NCBI GenBank assembly: GCA_035703755.1
Contig: DASSXP010000079.1
Location: forward strand, 1 to 45,440
From: Rhodanobacteraceae bacterium
GTDB lineage: Bacteria > Pseudomonadota > Gammaproteobacteria > Xanthomonadales > Rhodanobacteraceae
Direction: 5' to 3'
Length of the DNA stretch: 45,440 nt
Each line of letters opens with the position of its first letter. The stretch's first letter is position 1. Of the stretch, positions 28,048 to 36,799 are shown piece after piece. A program made the position numbers and the translations under genes. The notes beneath the pieces are model-generated. The model was not told the DNA's origin. It ran no database searches and saw nothing but the letters and a program-made list of their open reading frames with translations.

Positions 28048-29358
28048 ATGAATACCAGTGAAGCCCCGGCGGAGACCGCCGACATCGTGGTCATAGGTGG
28101 CGGCCCCGGCGGCAGCACCGCGGCGACGCTGTTGGCACGCAAGGGCTGGCGGGTGATCCAGCTGGAGAAGAGCCGTCACCCGCGTTTCCACATCGGCGAG
28201 TCGCTGTTGCCGATGAATCTGCCGGTGTTCGAGCGATTGGGCGTGCTGGACAAGATCAAGGCGCTCGGCGTGTACAAGCCGGGGGCCGATTTCGAAGCCG
28301 ACAACGCGCGCGGCTACAACACCTATGCGTTTGCCCGCGCGCTTGGCAAAAGTCCGCCGCACGCCTATCAGGTGTGGCGGGCGGACTTCGACAAGATGTT
28401 GTTCGAGCATGCGCGCGAAACCGGCGTCGATGCGCGTGAAGGCGCCACCGTGACCGCGGTCGAGCAGCCGGGCGCGCGCGCCAAGCGCGTCACCGTGAAA
28501 CACGAGGACGGCAGCGAGTATGTGATCGAGGCGCGCTACGTGATCGACGCCAGCGGCCGCGACGCGTTTCTGGCCAGCCGCGGCAAGTTGCAGCGACGCA
28601 ATCGCGAGCATCAGAGCGCGGCCGTGTTCGGGCATTTCCTCGGTGCGCAGCGCCGCGATGGCGAGGATGCCGGCAACATCAGCATCTACAACTTCGAGCA
28701 CGGCTGGATGTGGATGATCCCCTTGCCCGCTGGCGTGATGAGCGTGGGTGCGGTGTGTCGGCCGGACTATCTGCGGCAACGCCGCAACCGCGGCAGCGAG
28801 TTTCTGCTGGACACGCTGAAGCTCAATCCGGCGCTGTGGGCGCGGCTGGAGGGCGCCACGCTGACCGACGACAAGATGCACGTCACCGGCAACTATTCCT
28901 ACGATTCCACCACCTTGGGGGGGCCGGGCTGGATGCTGCTCGGCGATGCTTTCGCGTTTCTCGACCCGGTGTTTTCCTCCGGCGTGTATCTCGCCACCAG
29001 CAGTGCGGAAAAGGTCGCCGAGGTGGTTGACCAATCGCTGCGAAATCCCGCCGTCGAGGCGGGGCTGCAACGCAAGCTGGAAAAACGCCTGCGCGCCGGC
29101 ATGCGCCGTTTCGCCTTCTTCATCTACCGCTTCAACAATCCGGTGATGCAGCAGATGTTCCGTTCGCCGCGCAACATCTTGCAGGTCGAGCAAGGTGTGA
29201 TTTCGATGTTGGCCGGCGACCTGTTCGACACCCCGCTGGTGAAGCGCAAGCTGCATCTGTTCCGCGCCATCTATCTTGGCGTCGCGCTGGGCAACTTTCG
29301 CCGTTGGCGGGCAGAAAACCGCTACCGTCGGGCGCAGGCGCGGGGCGCGGCGTCGTAG
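28048..29358 (+). CDS. FAD-dependent oxidoreductase, flavin-dependent halogenase-like
   Basis: The dinucleotide fold motif is VVIGGGPGGS. The IGESLLP motif and GWMWMIP (matching the WxWxIP halogenase signature) are both present. The protein is 436 aa. Confidence 0.75.
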   Translation: MNTSEAPAETADIVVIGGGPGGSTAATLLARKGWRVIQLEKSRHPRFHIGESLLPMNLPVFERLGVLDKIKALGVYKPGADFEADNARGYNTYAFARALGKSPPHAYQVWRADFDKMLFEHARETGVDAREGATVTAVEQPGARAKRVTVKHEDGSEYVIEARYVIDASGRDAFLASRGKLQRRNREHQSAAVFGHFLGAQRRDGEDAGNISIYNFEHGWMWMIPLPAGVMSVGAVCRPDYLRQRRNRGSEFLLDTLKLNPALWARLEGATLTDDKMHVTGNYSYDSTTLGGPGWMLLGDAFAFLDPVFSSGVYLATSSAEKVAEVVDQSLRNPAVEAGLQRKLEKRLRAGMRRFAFFIYRFNNPVMQQMFRSPRNILQVEQGVISMLAGDLFDTPLVKRKLHLFRAIYLGVALGNFRRWRAENRYRRAQARGAAS

Positions 29359-29376
29359 CCGGCCCGCGCCGCCGGC

Positions 29377-32300
29377 TCACTCGGTGGCGAACAGGCTGTC
29401 GAGGTCTTCCTGGGTGAAACTCAGGCGGTCGCGGCTGCCGCCACCTTGCAGAATCGCGTCGGCCAGCTCCGCCTTGCGGGCCTTGAGCGCTTCGATGCGC
29501 TGCTCGACGGTGCCGGCGCAGATCAGGCGATACACGAACACCGGTTTGTCCTGGCCGATGCGGTGGGCGCGGTCGGAGGCCTGTGCTTCGGCGGCGGGAT
29601 TCCACCACGGATCGTAGTGGATCACGGTATCGGCGGCGGTGAGGTTCAGGCCCACGCCGCCGGCCTTCAGCGACAGCAGGAACAAGGGCACTTCGCCGTC
29701 CTGGAACCGCCGCACCGGCTCGGCGCGGTCGCGGGTTTCACCGGTCAGCACGACGTAGTCGATGCGGCGGCGATCGAGCTCGCGCGCGACCAGGCCCAGC
29801 ATCTCGGTGAACTGGCTGAACAGCAAGACGCGGCGGCCTTCGGCGATCAGCTCGGGCAGCATCTCCATCAAGAGTTCGAATTTGGCCGATTCGCGCACCG
29901 CGCGGGCGCTCTCCAGTTTGACCAGCCGCGGGTCGCAGCACACCTGGCGCAGTTTCAGCAGTGCATCCAGCACCACGATGCCGGAGTGTTCGATGCCGCG
30001 CGCGGCGATCACTTCGCGCAATTCCTCGGCCAGGCTCTCGCGCAGGTGGTGGTAGAGCGCGCGTTGCTGGCCTTCCAGTGCGACGGTGCGGGTGATCTCG
30101 GTCTTCGGTGGCAGTTCTTTTGCCACTTCGCTCTTGCTGCGGCGCAGGATGAACGGCGCAATGCGGCGGTTGAGGCGTGCCTGACAGCCTTCGTCGCCGT
30201 GTTTTTCGATCGGCACGCGATAGTGCTGGCGGAAGCCGCGTTCGTCGCCGAGCAGGCCCGGTACGGCGAGGTCAATCTGCGACCACAATTCGCCCAGATG
30301 GTTTTCCAGCGGCGTGCCGGTCAGGCACAGGCAGCGCGGTGCCTTCAGTTGCGCCGCGGCGCGCCGTGCCTGGGTGCGCGGGTTCTTGACCTGCTGGGCC
30401 TCGTCCAGCACCAGCACGGAAAAGCGCCGCCGCTTGAGTTCCTTGGCGTCGCGCGGCAGCAAGGCGTAACTGGTCAACACGATGTGGTGCTGATCGAGCA
30501 CGGCCAGCGCCGCGCTGCGTTGCGGGCCGTGCACGGTGATGCGGGTGAGACCGGGTGCGTAGCGGGCGATTTCCGCTTCCCAGTTCGGCAGCAAGCTGGT
30601 TGGCACCACCACCAGGGCGGGGTGCACCAGCGCGCCGTCCTGTTGCAAGGTCAGCAGATGCGCCAGCACCTGCACGGTCTTGCCGAGGCCCATGTCGTCG
30701 GCGAGGATGCCACCCAGACCGGCGCTGGCGAGTGCGTTCAACCAGCGCAGGCCTTCGCGCTGGTAGGGTCGCAGGGTGCCGACGAAGGCGGCGGGGACCG
30801 CGTCACTGACCGTTGTGGCGGCCTCGCGCAGCCGGGTGGCGAGGCTCTTGAGCTTGTCGGGCGCGTCCAGCACGCCGTCCGCGGGCATTGCGTCGGCGAT
30901 TTCCTCCAGCCGCCCCGCTTGCACGCGGGGCAGATGCAGGACGCCGTTGCCGGCCAATTCGAGGTAGTCGGCGATCGGCGCCAGCAGGCTGCGCAGCGTG
31001 GCCAGCGCCACCGGCACGCGGCGCCGTTCATCGACCGGTGCGTACCAGACCGCGTTGTCGGTTTCATTGGCGCCACGGGTCAGCGTCCATTGCTGTTCGC
31101 GCAGGGCCTGGGCAACCGCCGGCAACAGGTCCACCCGCTGACCGTCGATGTCGATGCCGATTTGCAGCCCGAAGCTGGCCTGCTTGCGGTCGGTTTCGGC
31201 GGCAACGTACCAGCGTGGCGCCTCCTCCAGCACTTCAAACGGAAAGCTGGATGCGTAGTCGATGGCGAAGCCTTCTGGCTCCAGCCGTGCACGCAAGGCC
31301 AGCCAGCGAGCCGGCGTGTTGACCTCCAGCGCGCCGGTGTGGCCGGTGCCGGGAAACAGCCAGGTGTCATCGGGCAGGGTCTCGGCCAGATCCCACGGCA
31401 AGCCTTCGCAATCGACCGCCGGCACCAGGCCGGCCGACTCCAGTCGCTCCATCACCGCCAGTTCCTCGGCGCGGTGGCGGGCGATTTCGAGCAGCCGGCC
31501 GTTGCGCACCCGCCGCACCATTGTCTCGCCGCCGCGGCTGGGGAGGCGTTCGCCGCCGTAGTCGAAGGCCAGCCGCGCGAAGGCCAGCGGTGGGGTGCCG
31601 GCAGCCAGCCGCGCGTGACGCGTCAGCGCATTCAGGGTCAGCACCGGTTGTGGCGTGTACTCGGCACGCCGCGCGGGCGCGAACACGGCGGGCGCGGCCA
31701 GTCGCGCGCCGAGCGGCGAACCCGGCAGCGAGGCGGCCAGCGCCGCCGCCTCGATTGGCTCCAGCGGAGCGGCGTCGAGCAGGGCGAGGTCGGCTGCGGA
31801 GTCGGCCAGTGGGCCCAGCTCGGCGTTTTCGATGTCGAGGTACCACAGGCCGTCGACGCGCACCACGCGCTGGCTGGCGGGCAGGTCCGGGCGCGGTCGC
31901 TGGCGGCCGTCGCGCAGGGTTTCCCAGCGCCACTTCAATGGACGCAACTTGCCGCGGGTCAGCTGCAATCCGGCAATGCCACCGAGAAAACAGGGCGCGA
32001 TGTCCAGCATTTCGATCAGCAGGCTGTTGCCGAGATGGCTGGCGAGGTGGGCGTAGTTGCGGCCCTTGCGCTGGCTTTGCGGCAACCCCAGCACGCCGGC
32101 GGCAAGCCGTTGCTCGGTGGCCGACAGGCGCGTGTGGCCCAGTCGCCGCGCGTCCAGTGGGTAGGCGCGCGCGGGACGCTCGCGGCTGGCGCGCGCAAGC
32201 CAGACCGGCGCGGCCTCCAGGCGAGCGTGGCCGAGCTCGTCCTGACTGAGTTCAAGGAAAAACCCCAGCGCGCCACTGCTGCCGGCGGCAGCGGCTTTGC

Positions 32301-32427
32301 CGTGTGCAATCGCGTTCGGCGCGGGGTCGAGCTGCAACAGGCGCTGCCAGCCGGCCGGCAAGGCCGCGGCGTCGGGCGTGCCGGCCGTGTCGTGCTCGGG
32401 CGCGGGGTCGGAGGTAGCGCGCTGCAT
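29377..32427 (-). CDS. SNF2-family DEAD/DEAH-box helicase with a large uncharacterised N-terminal region
   Basis: The C-terminal half carries ILADDMGLGKT (motif I), LVLDEAQQVKN (motif II), LCLTGTPLEN, LLFSQFT and QASDRAHRIGQ (motif VI). The track ORF was trimmed to the ATG at 32427. Confidence 0.85.
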   Translation of the reverse strand: MQRATSDPAPEHDTAGTPDAAALPAGWQRLLQLDPAPNAIAHGKAAAAGSSGALGFFLELSQDELGHARLEAAPVWLARASRERPARAYPLDARRLGHTRLSATEQRLAAGVLGLPQSQRKGRNYAHLASHLGNSLLIEMLDIAPCFLGGIAGLQLTRGKLRPLKWRWETLRDGRQRPRPDLPASQRVVRVDGLWYLDIENAELGPLADSAADLALLDAAPLEPIEAAALAASLPGSPLGARLAAPAVFAPARRAEYTPQPVLTLNALTRHARLAAGTPPLAFARLAFDYGGERLPSRGGETMVRRVRNGRLLEIARHRAEELAVMERLESAGLVPAVDCEGLPWDLAETLPDDTWLFPGTGHTGALEVNTPARWLALRARLEPEGFAIDYASSFPFEVLEEAPRWYVAAETDRKQASFGLQIGIDIDGQRVDLLPAVAQALREQQWTLTRGANETDNAVWYAPVDERRRVPVALATLRSLLAPIADYLELAGNGVLHLPRVQAGRLEEIADAMPADGVLDAPDKLKSLATRLREAATTVSDAVPAAFVGTLRPYQREGLRWLNALASAGLGGILADDMGLGKTVQVLAHLLTLQQDGALVHPALVVVPTSLLPNWEAEIARYAPGLTRITVHGPQRSAALAVLDQHHIVLTSYALLPRDAKELKRRRFSVLVLDEAQQVKNPRTQARRAAAQLKAPRCLCLTGTPLENHLGELWSQIDLAVPGLLGDERGFRQHYRVPIEKHGDEGCQARLNRRIAPFILRRSKSEVAKELPPKTEITRTVALEGQQRALYHHLRESLAEELREVIAARGIEHSGIVVLDALLKLRQVCCDPRLVKLESARAVRESAKFELLMEMLPELIAEGRRVLLFSQFTEMLGLVARELDRRRIDYVVLTGETRDRAEPVRRFQDGEVPLFLLSLKAGGVGLNLTAADTVIHYDPWWNPAAEAQASDRAHRIGQDKPVFVYRLICAGTVEQRIEALKARKAELADAILQGGGSRDRLSFTQEDLDSLFATE

Positions 32428-32595
32428 GGCTTGCGTCAGGGGTCCGTGCGCAGGGCAAAACGCCAGCTTAGCAAGGACGCGGCAGAGATGGGCGACCGCC
32501 GCGTGATCGATGTCGTGCGGGTGTGCCGCAGCGCGCGAAAAACCGTGGCGTCCGTGGACCATGCACACGCATGGCGGGACGGCAGCAACGGGCGA

Positions 32596-33618
32596 CTACA
32601 GCAGGCGATGATCCGGGTATTCGGATTTCTGCTCGCGCGCCATCACGGCGGCAAGTGCTTGTGTCGGCGTCAAATCACCGCGCAGCACCGCGCGGACATG
32701 CCAGGCGATGGGCAGGTCGAGCTGGTGACGCTCGGCCAGCCGGGTCACTTCGTTGGCGGTGACCATGCTCTCGACCACCTGACCGATTTCCGCCAGTGCG
32801 TCGCTGAGCGGCACGCCGCGCCCGAGCGCCAGGCCCAGACGACGGTTGCGCGACAGGTCGCCGGTGCAGGTCAACACCAGGTCGCCGAGGCCGGACAGGC
32901 CCATCAAAGTTTCGGGGCGGGCGCCGAGCGCCAGCCCCAGCCGCAGCATTTCGTTCATGCCGCGGGTGATCAGGCCGGCGCGGGCGTTCAAGCCCAGCTG
33001 CATGCCGTCGGCAACACCGGTGGCGACGGCGAGCACGTTCTTCATTGCGCCGCCAAGCTCCGCACCCAGCATGTCGTTGCCGGTATAGGCGCGGAAGTTG
33101 GACGAATGCAGCGCGTCGGCGATGCGCTGCGCAAACGCGAGGTCGGCGGCATTGACGGTGATTGCGGTGGGCAGGCCAAGCACGACTTCGCGCGCGAACG
33201 ACGGGCCGGTGACCACCGCCGTGGCCGCTTGTGGCAGGAACTCGTGCACCAGCTCATGCAAAAAGCGGCCGGTGCCGGGTTCGAAGCCCTTGGTCGCCCA
33301 CGCCACTCCGGCGCTTGCCGGCAGGTGTTTGACCACGGCGTTCAATTGTCGCGTGAAGGCTTCGCTCGGAACCGCGATCAGGGTCCAGTCGACACCGTCC
33401 AGCGCACGCGCCAGATCCGGCTCGAATGCGAGTGCCGGTGGCAGCTCGCAGTCGGGCAGATAACGCAGGTTGCGGCGACTGGCGGCCATCGCCGCCAGCA
33501 TCTCGGCGTCGCGGGCCCACAGCCGCGTCTCGACGCTGCCGTTGCGGGCCAGCAAGCTGGCGAGCGCCGTGCCCCAGGAGCCGGCGCCCAGAACCGCGAC
33601 CGCGGGCCGCGTTGCCAT
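32596..33618 (-). CDS. gpsA: NAD(P)H-dependent glycerol-3-phosphate dehydrogenase
   Basis: The motifs [14 protein letters not shown] and [12 protein letters not shown] support the call. The track ORF was trimmed to the ATG at 33618. Confidence 0.95.
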   Translation of the reverse strand: MATRPAVAVLGAGSWGTALASLLARNGSVETRLWARDAEMLAAMAASRRNLRYLPDCELPPALAFEPDLARALDGVDWTLIAVPSEAFTRQLNAVVKHLPASAGVAWATKGFEPGTGRFLHELVHEFLPQAATAVVTGPSFAREVVLGLPTAITVNAADLAFAQRIADALHSSNFRAYTGNDMLGAELGGAMKNVLAVATGVADGMQLGLNARAGLITRGMNEMLRLGLALGARPETLMGLSGLGDLVLTCTGDLSRNRRLGLALGRGVPLSDALAEIGQVVESMVTANEVTRLAERHQLDLPIAWHVRAVLRGDLTPTQALAAVMAREQKSEYPDHRLL

Positions 33619-33628
33619 ATCGCGCCGC

Positions 33629-34114
33629 TCAGGCGTTGGCGACAGGCGCTTCGCCGCCAGCGGCGATGCGACGCATCTGCTCGGCGTACAGCGCCTCGAA
33701 GTTGATCGGCTGCAGCAGGAACGGCGGGAAACCACCGTTTTGCACCAGGTCGGAAATGATCTGGCGCGCGTACGGGAACAGCACGTTCGGGCAGTAGCTG
33801 CCGAGGATCGCGCCGAGGCCGTTTTCATCAAAACCGTCCACCGCGAAAATGCCGGCCTGGTGCACTTCGGCCAGGTACGCGGTGTGGTCGTTCATGGTGC
33901 AGGTCACGGTCAAGGTCAGCACCACTTCGTGCACGCCGTCGGCCAGCTTCTCGTTCTTCTGGCCAAGGTTCAATTGCACTTGCGGCTGGCCCTGTTCCTG
34001 GAACACCTGCGGTGCATTGGGTACTTCGAAGGAAGCGTCTTTGACGTAGATCTTCTGCACGCTCAGCTGCATCGGGGCGGCTTGGCCGTTGGCGGCCGGG
34101 GTGTTCTCTGCCAT
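33629..34114 (-). CDS. secB: Protein-export chaperone SecB
   Basis: The segments [16 protein letters not shown] and [40 protein letters not shown] are characteristic. The track ORF was trimmed to the ATG at 34114. Confidence 0.95.
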   Translation of the reverse strand: MAENTPAANGQAAPMQLSVQKIYVKDASFEVPNAPQVFQEQGQPQVQLNLGQKNEKLADGVHEVVLTLTVTCTMNDHTAYLAEVHQAGIFAVDGFDENGLGAILGSYCPNVLFPYARQIISDLVQNGGFPPFLLQPINFEALYAEQMRRIAAGGEAPVANA

Positions 34115-34196
34115 GGGTCTCTCAGTCGGGGTTGGATGAAAAGACGCTGATTGTCCCACAATCGGCGGGCAAGATGTACCTTGGGGCGGGTGTTCA

Positions 34197-34225
34197 TTGC
34201 CATATTGCGGGCGTTCTGCTATAAA
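34197..34225 (+). promoter_or_regulatory. Putative sigma-70 promoter of rpmB-rpmG
   Basis: The pattern is TTGCCA, a 17-nt spacer, then TATAAA. It implies a leader of about 155 nt. Confidence 0.5.
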
Positions 34226-34388
34226 GTGCGGCTGCCCAATTCGGCCCGGAGTGATCCGGGTAGCTCTGCCACGCGGTGTGGAGCGCACGAGCTGGGGCAC
34301 TGCCCTCCGGCACCGCGTGGCGCTCTGCGTCGCCGGGCCGATGCCGTCCTGGCCAAAGGACGACCCCAACACGAATTCGGAGTACCCC

Positions 34389-34625
34389 ATGGCACGTGTA
34401 TGCCAAGTCACCGGAAAGGGTGTGCAGAGCGGCAACAACGTCTCGCACGCCAACAACAAAACCCGCCGCCGCTGGTTGCCCAACCTGCACGAGCGCCGCT
34501 TCTGGGTGGCCAGCGAAAACCGCTGGGTCCGCCTGCGCGTGTCCAATCAGGCACTCCGCACCATCGACAAGAACGGCATCGACGCCGTGCTGGCCGATCT
34601 GCGTGGCCGCGGTGAAAAGGTCTAA
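34389..34625 (+). CDS. rpmB: 50S ribosomal protein L28
   Basis: The N-terminus [33 protein letters not shown] is characteristic, and the protein is 78 aa. It is an internal start of track ORF 34197-34625. Confidence 0.95.
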   Translation: MARVCQVTGKGVQSGNNVSHANNKTRRRWLPNLHERRFWVASENRWVRLRVSNQALRTIDKNGIDAVLADLRGRGEKV

Positions 34626-34637
34626 GGAGAATCGAAC

Positions 34638-34802
34638 ATGGCTTCCAAGCGCGACAAAATCCGCCTGATTTCCACCGCCGGCACCGGCCACTTCTACACC
34701 ACCGACAAAAACAAGAAGAACACGCCGGAAAAGATGGAGGTCAAGAAGTACGACCCCGTCATCCGCAAACACGTCCCCTACAAGGAAGGCAAGATCAAGT
34801 GA
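34638..34802 (+). CDS. rpmG: 50S ribosomal protein L33
   Basis: This gene is absent from the ORF track (54 aa). I translated it by hand as [54 protein letters not shown]. An AAGGAG RBS lies at 34625-34630. Confidence 0.95.
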   Translation: MASKRDKIRLISTAGTGHFYTTDKNKKNTPEKMEVKKYDPVIRKHVPYKEGKIK

Positions 34803-34808
34803 CGCCAT

Positions 34809-34849
34809 GACCCGCGCGCCATGCGCGCGGCTTTGTCATGGCGTCATCC
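34809..34849. repeat. 41-bp direct repeat, copy 1
   Basis: The unit gacccgcgcgccatgcgcgcggctttgtcatggcgtcatcc is identical to 34960-35000. With the preceding tgacgccatgac (34799-34810) it forms an extended hairpin whose outer stem is tgacgccatgac/gtcatggcgtca. Confidence 0.9.
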
Positions 34850-34899
34850 TGCGGCCGCGCGCAGCGTGGATCGCAGGATCCACGGCCCGGCCTTGCGTG

Positions 34900-34937
34900 A
34901 CACGACAAACCCGCCACCCGGCGGGTTTGTCGTGTTT
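34900..34937 (+). terminator. rpmBG terminator hairpin
   Basis: The 16-bp perfect stem is acacgacaaacccgcc/ggcgggtttgtcgtgt, with a 4-nt loop and a trailing TT. A second 7-bp hairpin, gtggatc/gatccac, lies at 34866-34883. Confidence 0.75.
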
Positions 34938-34959
34938 GGGCTCTGCCCCGCATTTCGCA

Positions 34960-35000
34960 GACCCGCGCGCCATGCGCGCGGCTTTGTCATGGCGTCATCC
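34960..35000. repeat. 41-bp direct repeat, copy 2
   Basis: This copy is identical to 34809-34849 and is offset from it by 151 bp. Confidence 0.9.
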
Positions 35001-35027
35001 CGGACGCCGCGCCGTTGTTGAGGGCCT

Positions 35028-35753
35028 TCAATCGAGGGCGTCAGCCATCGCCTGTTCCAGCGATCGCGATGGCTCACTGCGCAGGGCGTCGAGTTCGGAC
35101 TGGTGCCAGTCGTGGCGCAGGCGACCGTCCACCATCAGCAGTATGCGCGTGGCGTGGCGCTCGGCGATGTCCAGTGCGTGGGTGGCCAGCAGCACGCTGC
35201 AGCGGCCAGTGGAAACCCGATCGTCGAGGTGCCGTTTTGCCGTCAGCGCACTGCGCGGGTCGAGGCCGTTGAAAGATTCATCCAGCAACAGCAACGGAGG
35301 CTCGCCGAGCAGGCCAAGCAGCAGGCCCAGTTTCTGCTTCATTCCAAGCGAGTAGCTCCCGATCCGTCGGTCGAGCCGTCCGGCCAACTCCAGTTGGTCG
35401 GCCAATTCCAGGCTGGTGGGTGGGATTGAGGCCAATGTGCGCGTGGCGGCAAACAGCGCCAGGCATTCCCGGCCGGTCAGGAGTGTCGGCAGGGCGTCGG
35501 GTTCCACGGCGTAACCGAGTTGCCGACGTGCCTCGGTGGGGTGGGCGTGTGCATCGATGCCGTTGATGTGGATGGCGCCTGCGTTGGGTCGCAGCGCGCC
35601 AGCGATCGCCCGCAGCAGGCTGGTCTTGCCGCAGCCGTTCGGGCCAATCAGCGTCACGAACTGGCCGTGCTCAATGGCTAGATCAAGCGCCGGGAGCGCG
35701 CAATGGCCGGCGTAGTCGATGCGCAAGCCGTGGATGTCGAGCAATGGGATCAT
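35028..35753 (-). CDS. ABC transporter ATP-binding protein
   Basis: Walker A is GPNGCGKTS, the ABC signature is YSLGMKQK and Walker B is LLLLDESFNGLD. The ATG overlaps the upstream gene's stop (ATGA). The track ORF extension to 36638 is rejected. Confidence 0.9.
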   Translation of the reverse strand: MIPLLDIHGLRIDYAGHCALPALDLAIEHGQFVTLIGPNGCGKTSLLRAIAGALRPNAGAIHINGIDAHAHPTEARRQLGYAVEPDALPTLLTGRECLALFAATRTLASIPPTSLELADQLELAGRLDRRIGSYSLGMKQKLGLLLGLLGEPPLLLLDESFNGLDPRSALTAKRHLDDRVSTGRCSVLLATHALDIAERHATRILLMVDGRLRHDWHQSELDALRSEPSRSLEQAMADALD

Positions 35754-36724
35754 GTGACAAAAACTCTGCTGAGGCGCCACATCGCGGGCACGGAGCTTGC
35801 CATCACGACCAGCAGCCAGCCGGCGGCCAGCAACATGGATGCGTTGAGCAGGACGACGGCGACAAGCATCCACAAGCTGGCGCAGGCCAGGGAGAAAGCC
35901 GGATAGCGCCAGGCGTGCCTGCGAGCACGGCGCATCGCCACGGGCGTCGCCGCCAGCAGGCGGGCTGCGGCATCGGCGACATCCGCGCAAGCCGCCATGA
36001 CTACCGTCAGCCAGGCGATCGTGCCGACCAGCAGCAGCAAGCCGATGGCGGCGGCGGTCGAGGTGCCGGATGGCAACATTGCCAGCATCCCGCCGAGCAG
36101 GCCGAACTGGCTGCCGCGACGCCAGCGTTGCATTGTTTCGCGGCGTTGCCAGGTGGCAAGCGTGGGCAGATCGCGCGCATCGAGGCCCGGCAAGGGCAGC
36201 AGCGGCGTGCGCAGCAGGTGGAGTTTCGCGTGCCGCCGCGTCGGCTGCGTCGGCCAGAAGCCGGCCGCCAGCGCGCCACCGGCCAGCGCCGCGGCGACAA
36301 GGCCGCAACTTCGCGCCAGGCGGTCGCCGTCGGTGAAGGGTGAAAACAGCAAGGGCAAGGGCAGCGACAGGAGCGCTCCGGCCAGTGCAGCCAGCAGGCA
36401 CAGCAGCCAGCGCGTGCGTGCGGCTGCGATCGACGGTATCGCCGCGGCCGCCCACCAGCCGCTTTGCCATTGCGCCGTGAGTTGCGCCAGCCGCTGTTGC
36501 GTCAGTGCCAGGCTCGCCACACCCAGCACGGCGCAGACGAGTGGGAACCACCATGGTGTGGCCGCGGCAAGATGGCCGGCGATCAACCCGTTGCCCGCCA
36601 GCACCAACAAGATTTCGGGCCAGAGGATCTGCGCGCAAGCGCGCACGCCCAGACGCGGAGCGCTGAGGCGCGCCTCATCAAGCCATGGGTGCCAGCGCAG
36701 GGACATGGCGATATTGGAACGCAT
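35750..36724 (-). CDS. Hypothetical polytopic membrane protein, putative partner of the ABC ATPase
   Basis: It has several hydrophobic segments and is translationally coupled to the ATPase. I recognise no permease family motif. The start is uncertain; the ATG for MSLRWHPW is an alternative. Confidence 0.5.
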   Translation of the reverse strand: MRSNIAMSLRWHPWLDEARLSAPRLGVRACAQILWPEILLVLAGNGLIAGHLAAATPWWFPLVCAVLGVASLALTQQRLAQLTAQWQSGWWAAAAIPSIAAARTRWLLCLLAALAGALLSLPLPLLFSPFTDGDRLARSCGLVAAALAGGALAAGFWPTQPTRRHAKLHLLRTPLLPLPGLDARDLPTLATWQRRETMQRWRRGSQFGLLGGMLAMLPSGTSTAAAIGLLLLVGTIAWLTVVMAACADVADAAARLLAATPVAMRRARRHAWRYPAFSLACASLWMLVAVVLLNASMLLAAGWLLVVMASSVPAMWRLSRVFVT

Positions 36725-36799
36725 TTGTACGGGGGAGTTCCCGTTGCATCCACCACACCGAAGTGCTTGGGCGGCCTGCGCCGACAGGCCGTCCTGTTG

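Noticed and set aside
27946-29256. An N-terminal 436-aa extension of the rep ORF (track ORF 25969-29256, 1095 aa)
   Set aside because: The extension is antisense to the FAD/halogenase-like gene. The Rep homology begins exactly at the GTG at 27945 (M-LNPQQRAAV..., parallel to the E. coli Rep N-terminus).
29377-32427. The SNF2 helicase as part of a phage-defence system (DISARM, Zorya or BREX-like)
   Set aside because: No methyltransferase, nuclease, PLD, DUF1998, ZorABC or BREX partner genes are adjacent. The neighbours are housekeeping genes (gpsA, secB, rep).
29446-33705. A 1419-aa ORF on the plus strand, the longest in the window
   Set aside because: It is antisense to the SNF2 helicase and gpsA genes, both of which have unambiguous motifs. 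Its composition (runs of G, R, A, Q, H, V) is not protein-like. It is an open frame caused by GC3 bias.
34807-35355. Track ORFs overlapping the rpmG-downstream repeats (34807-35355, 34821-35021, 34844-35077)
   Set aside because: They span a terminator and the repeat units, or lie antisense to the ABC ATPase gene. They have no RBS and their sequence is not protein-like.
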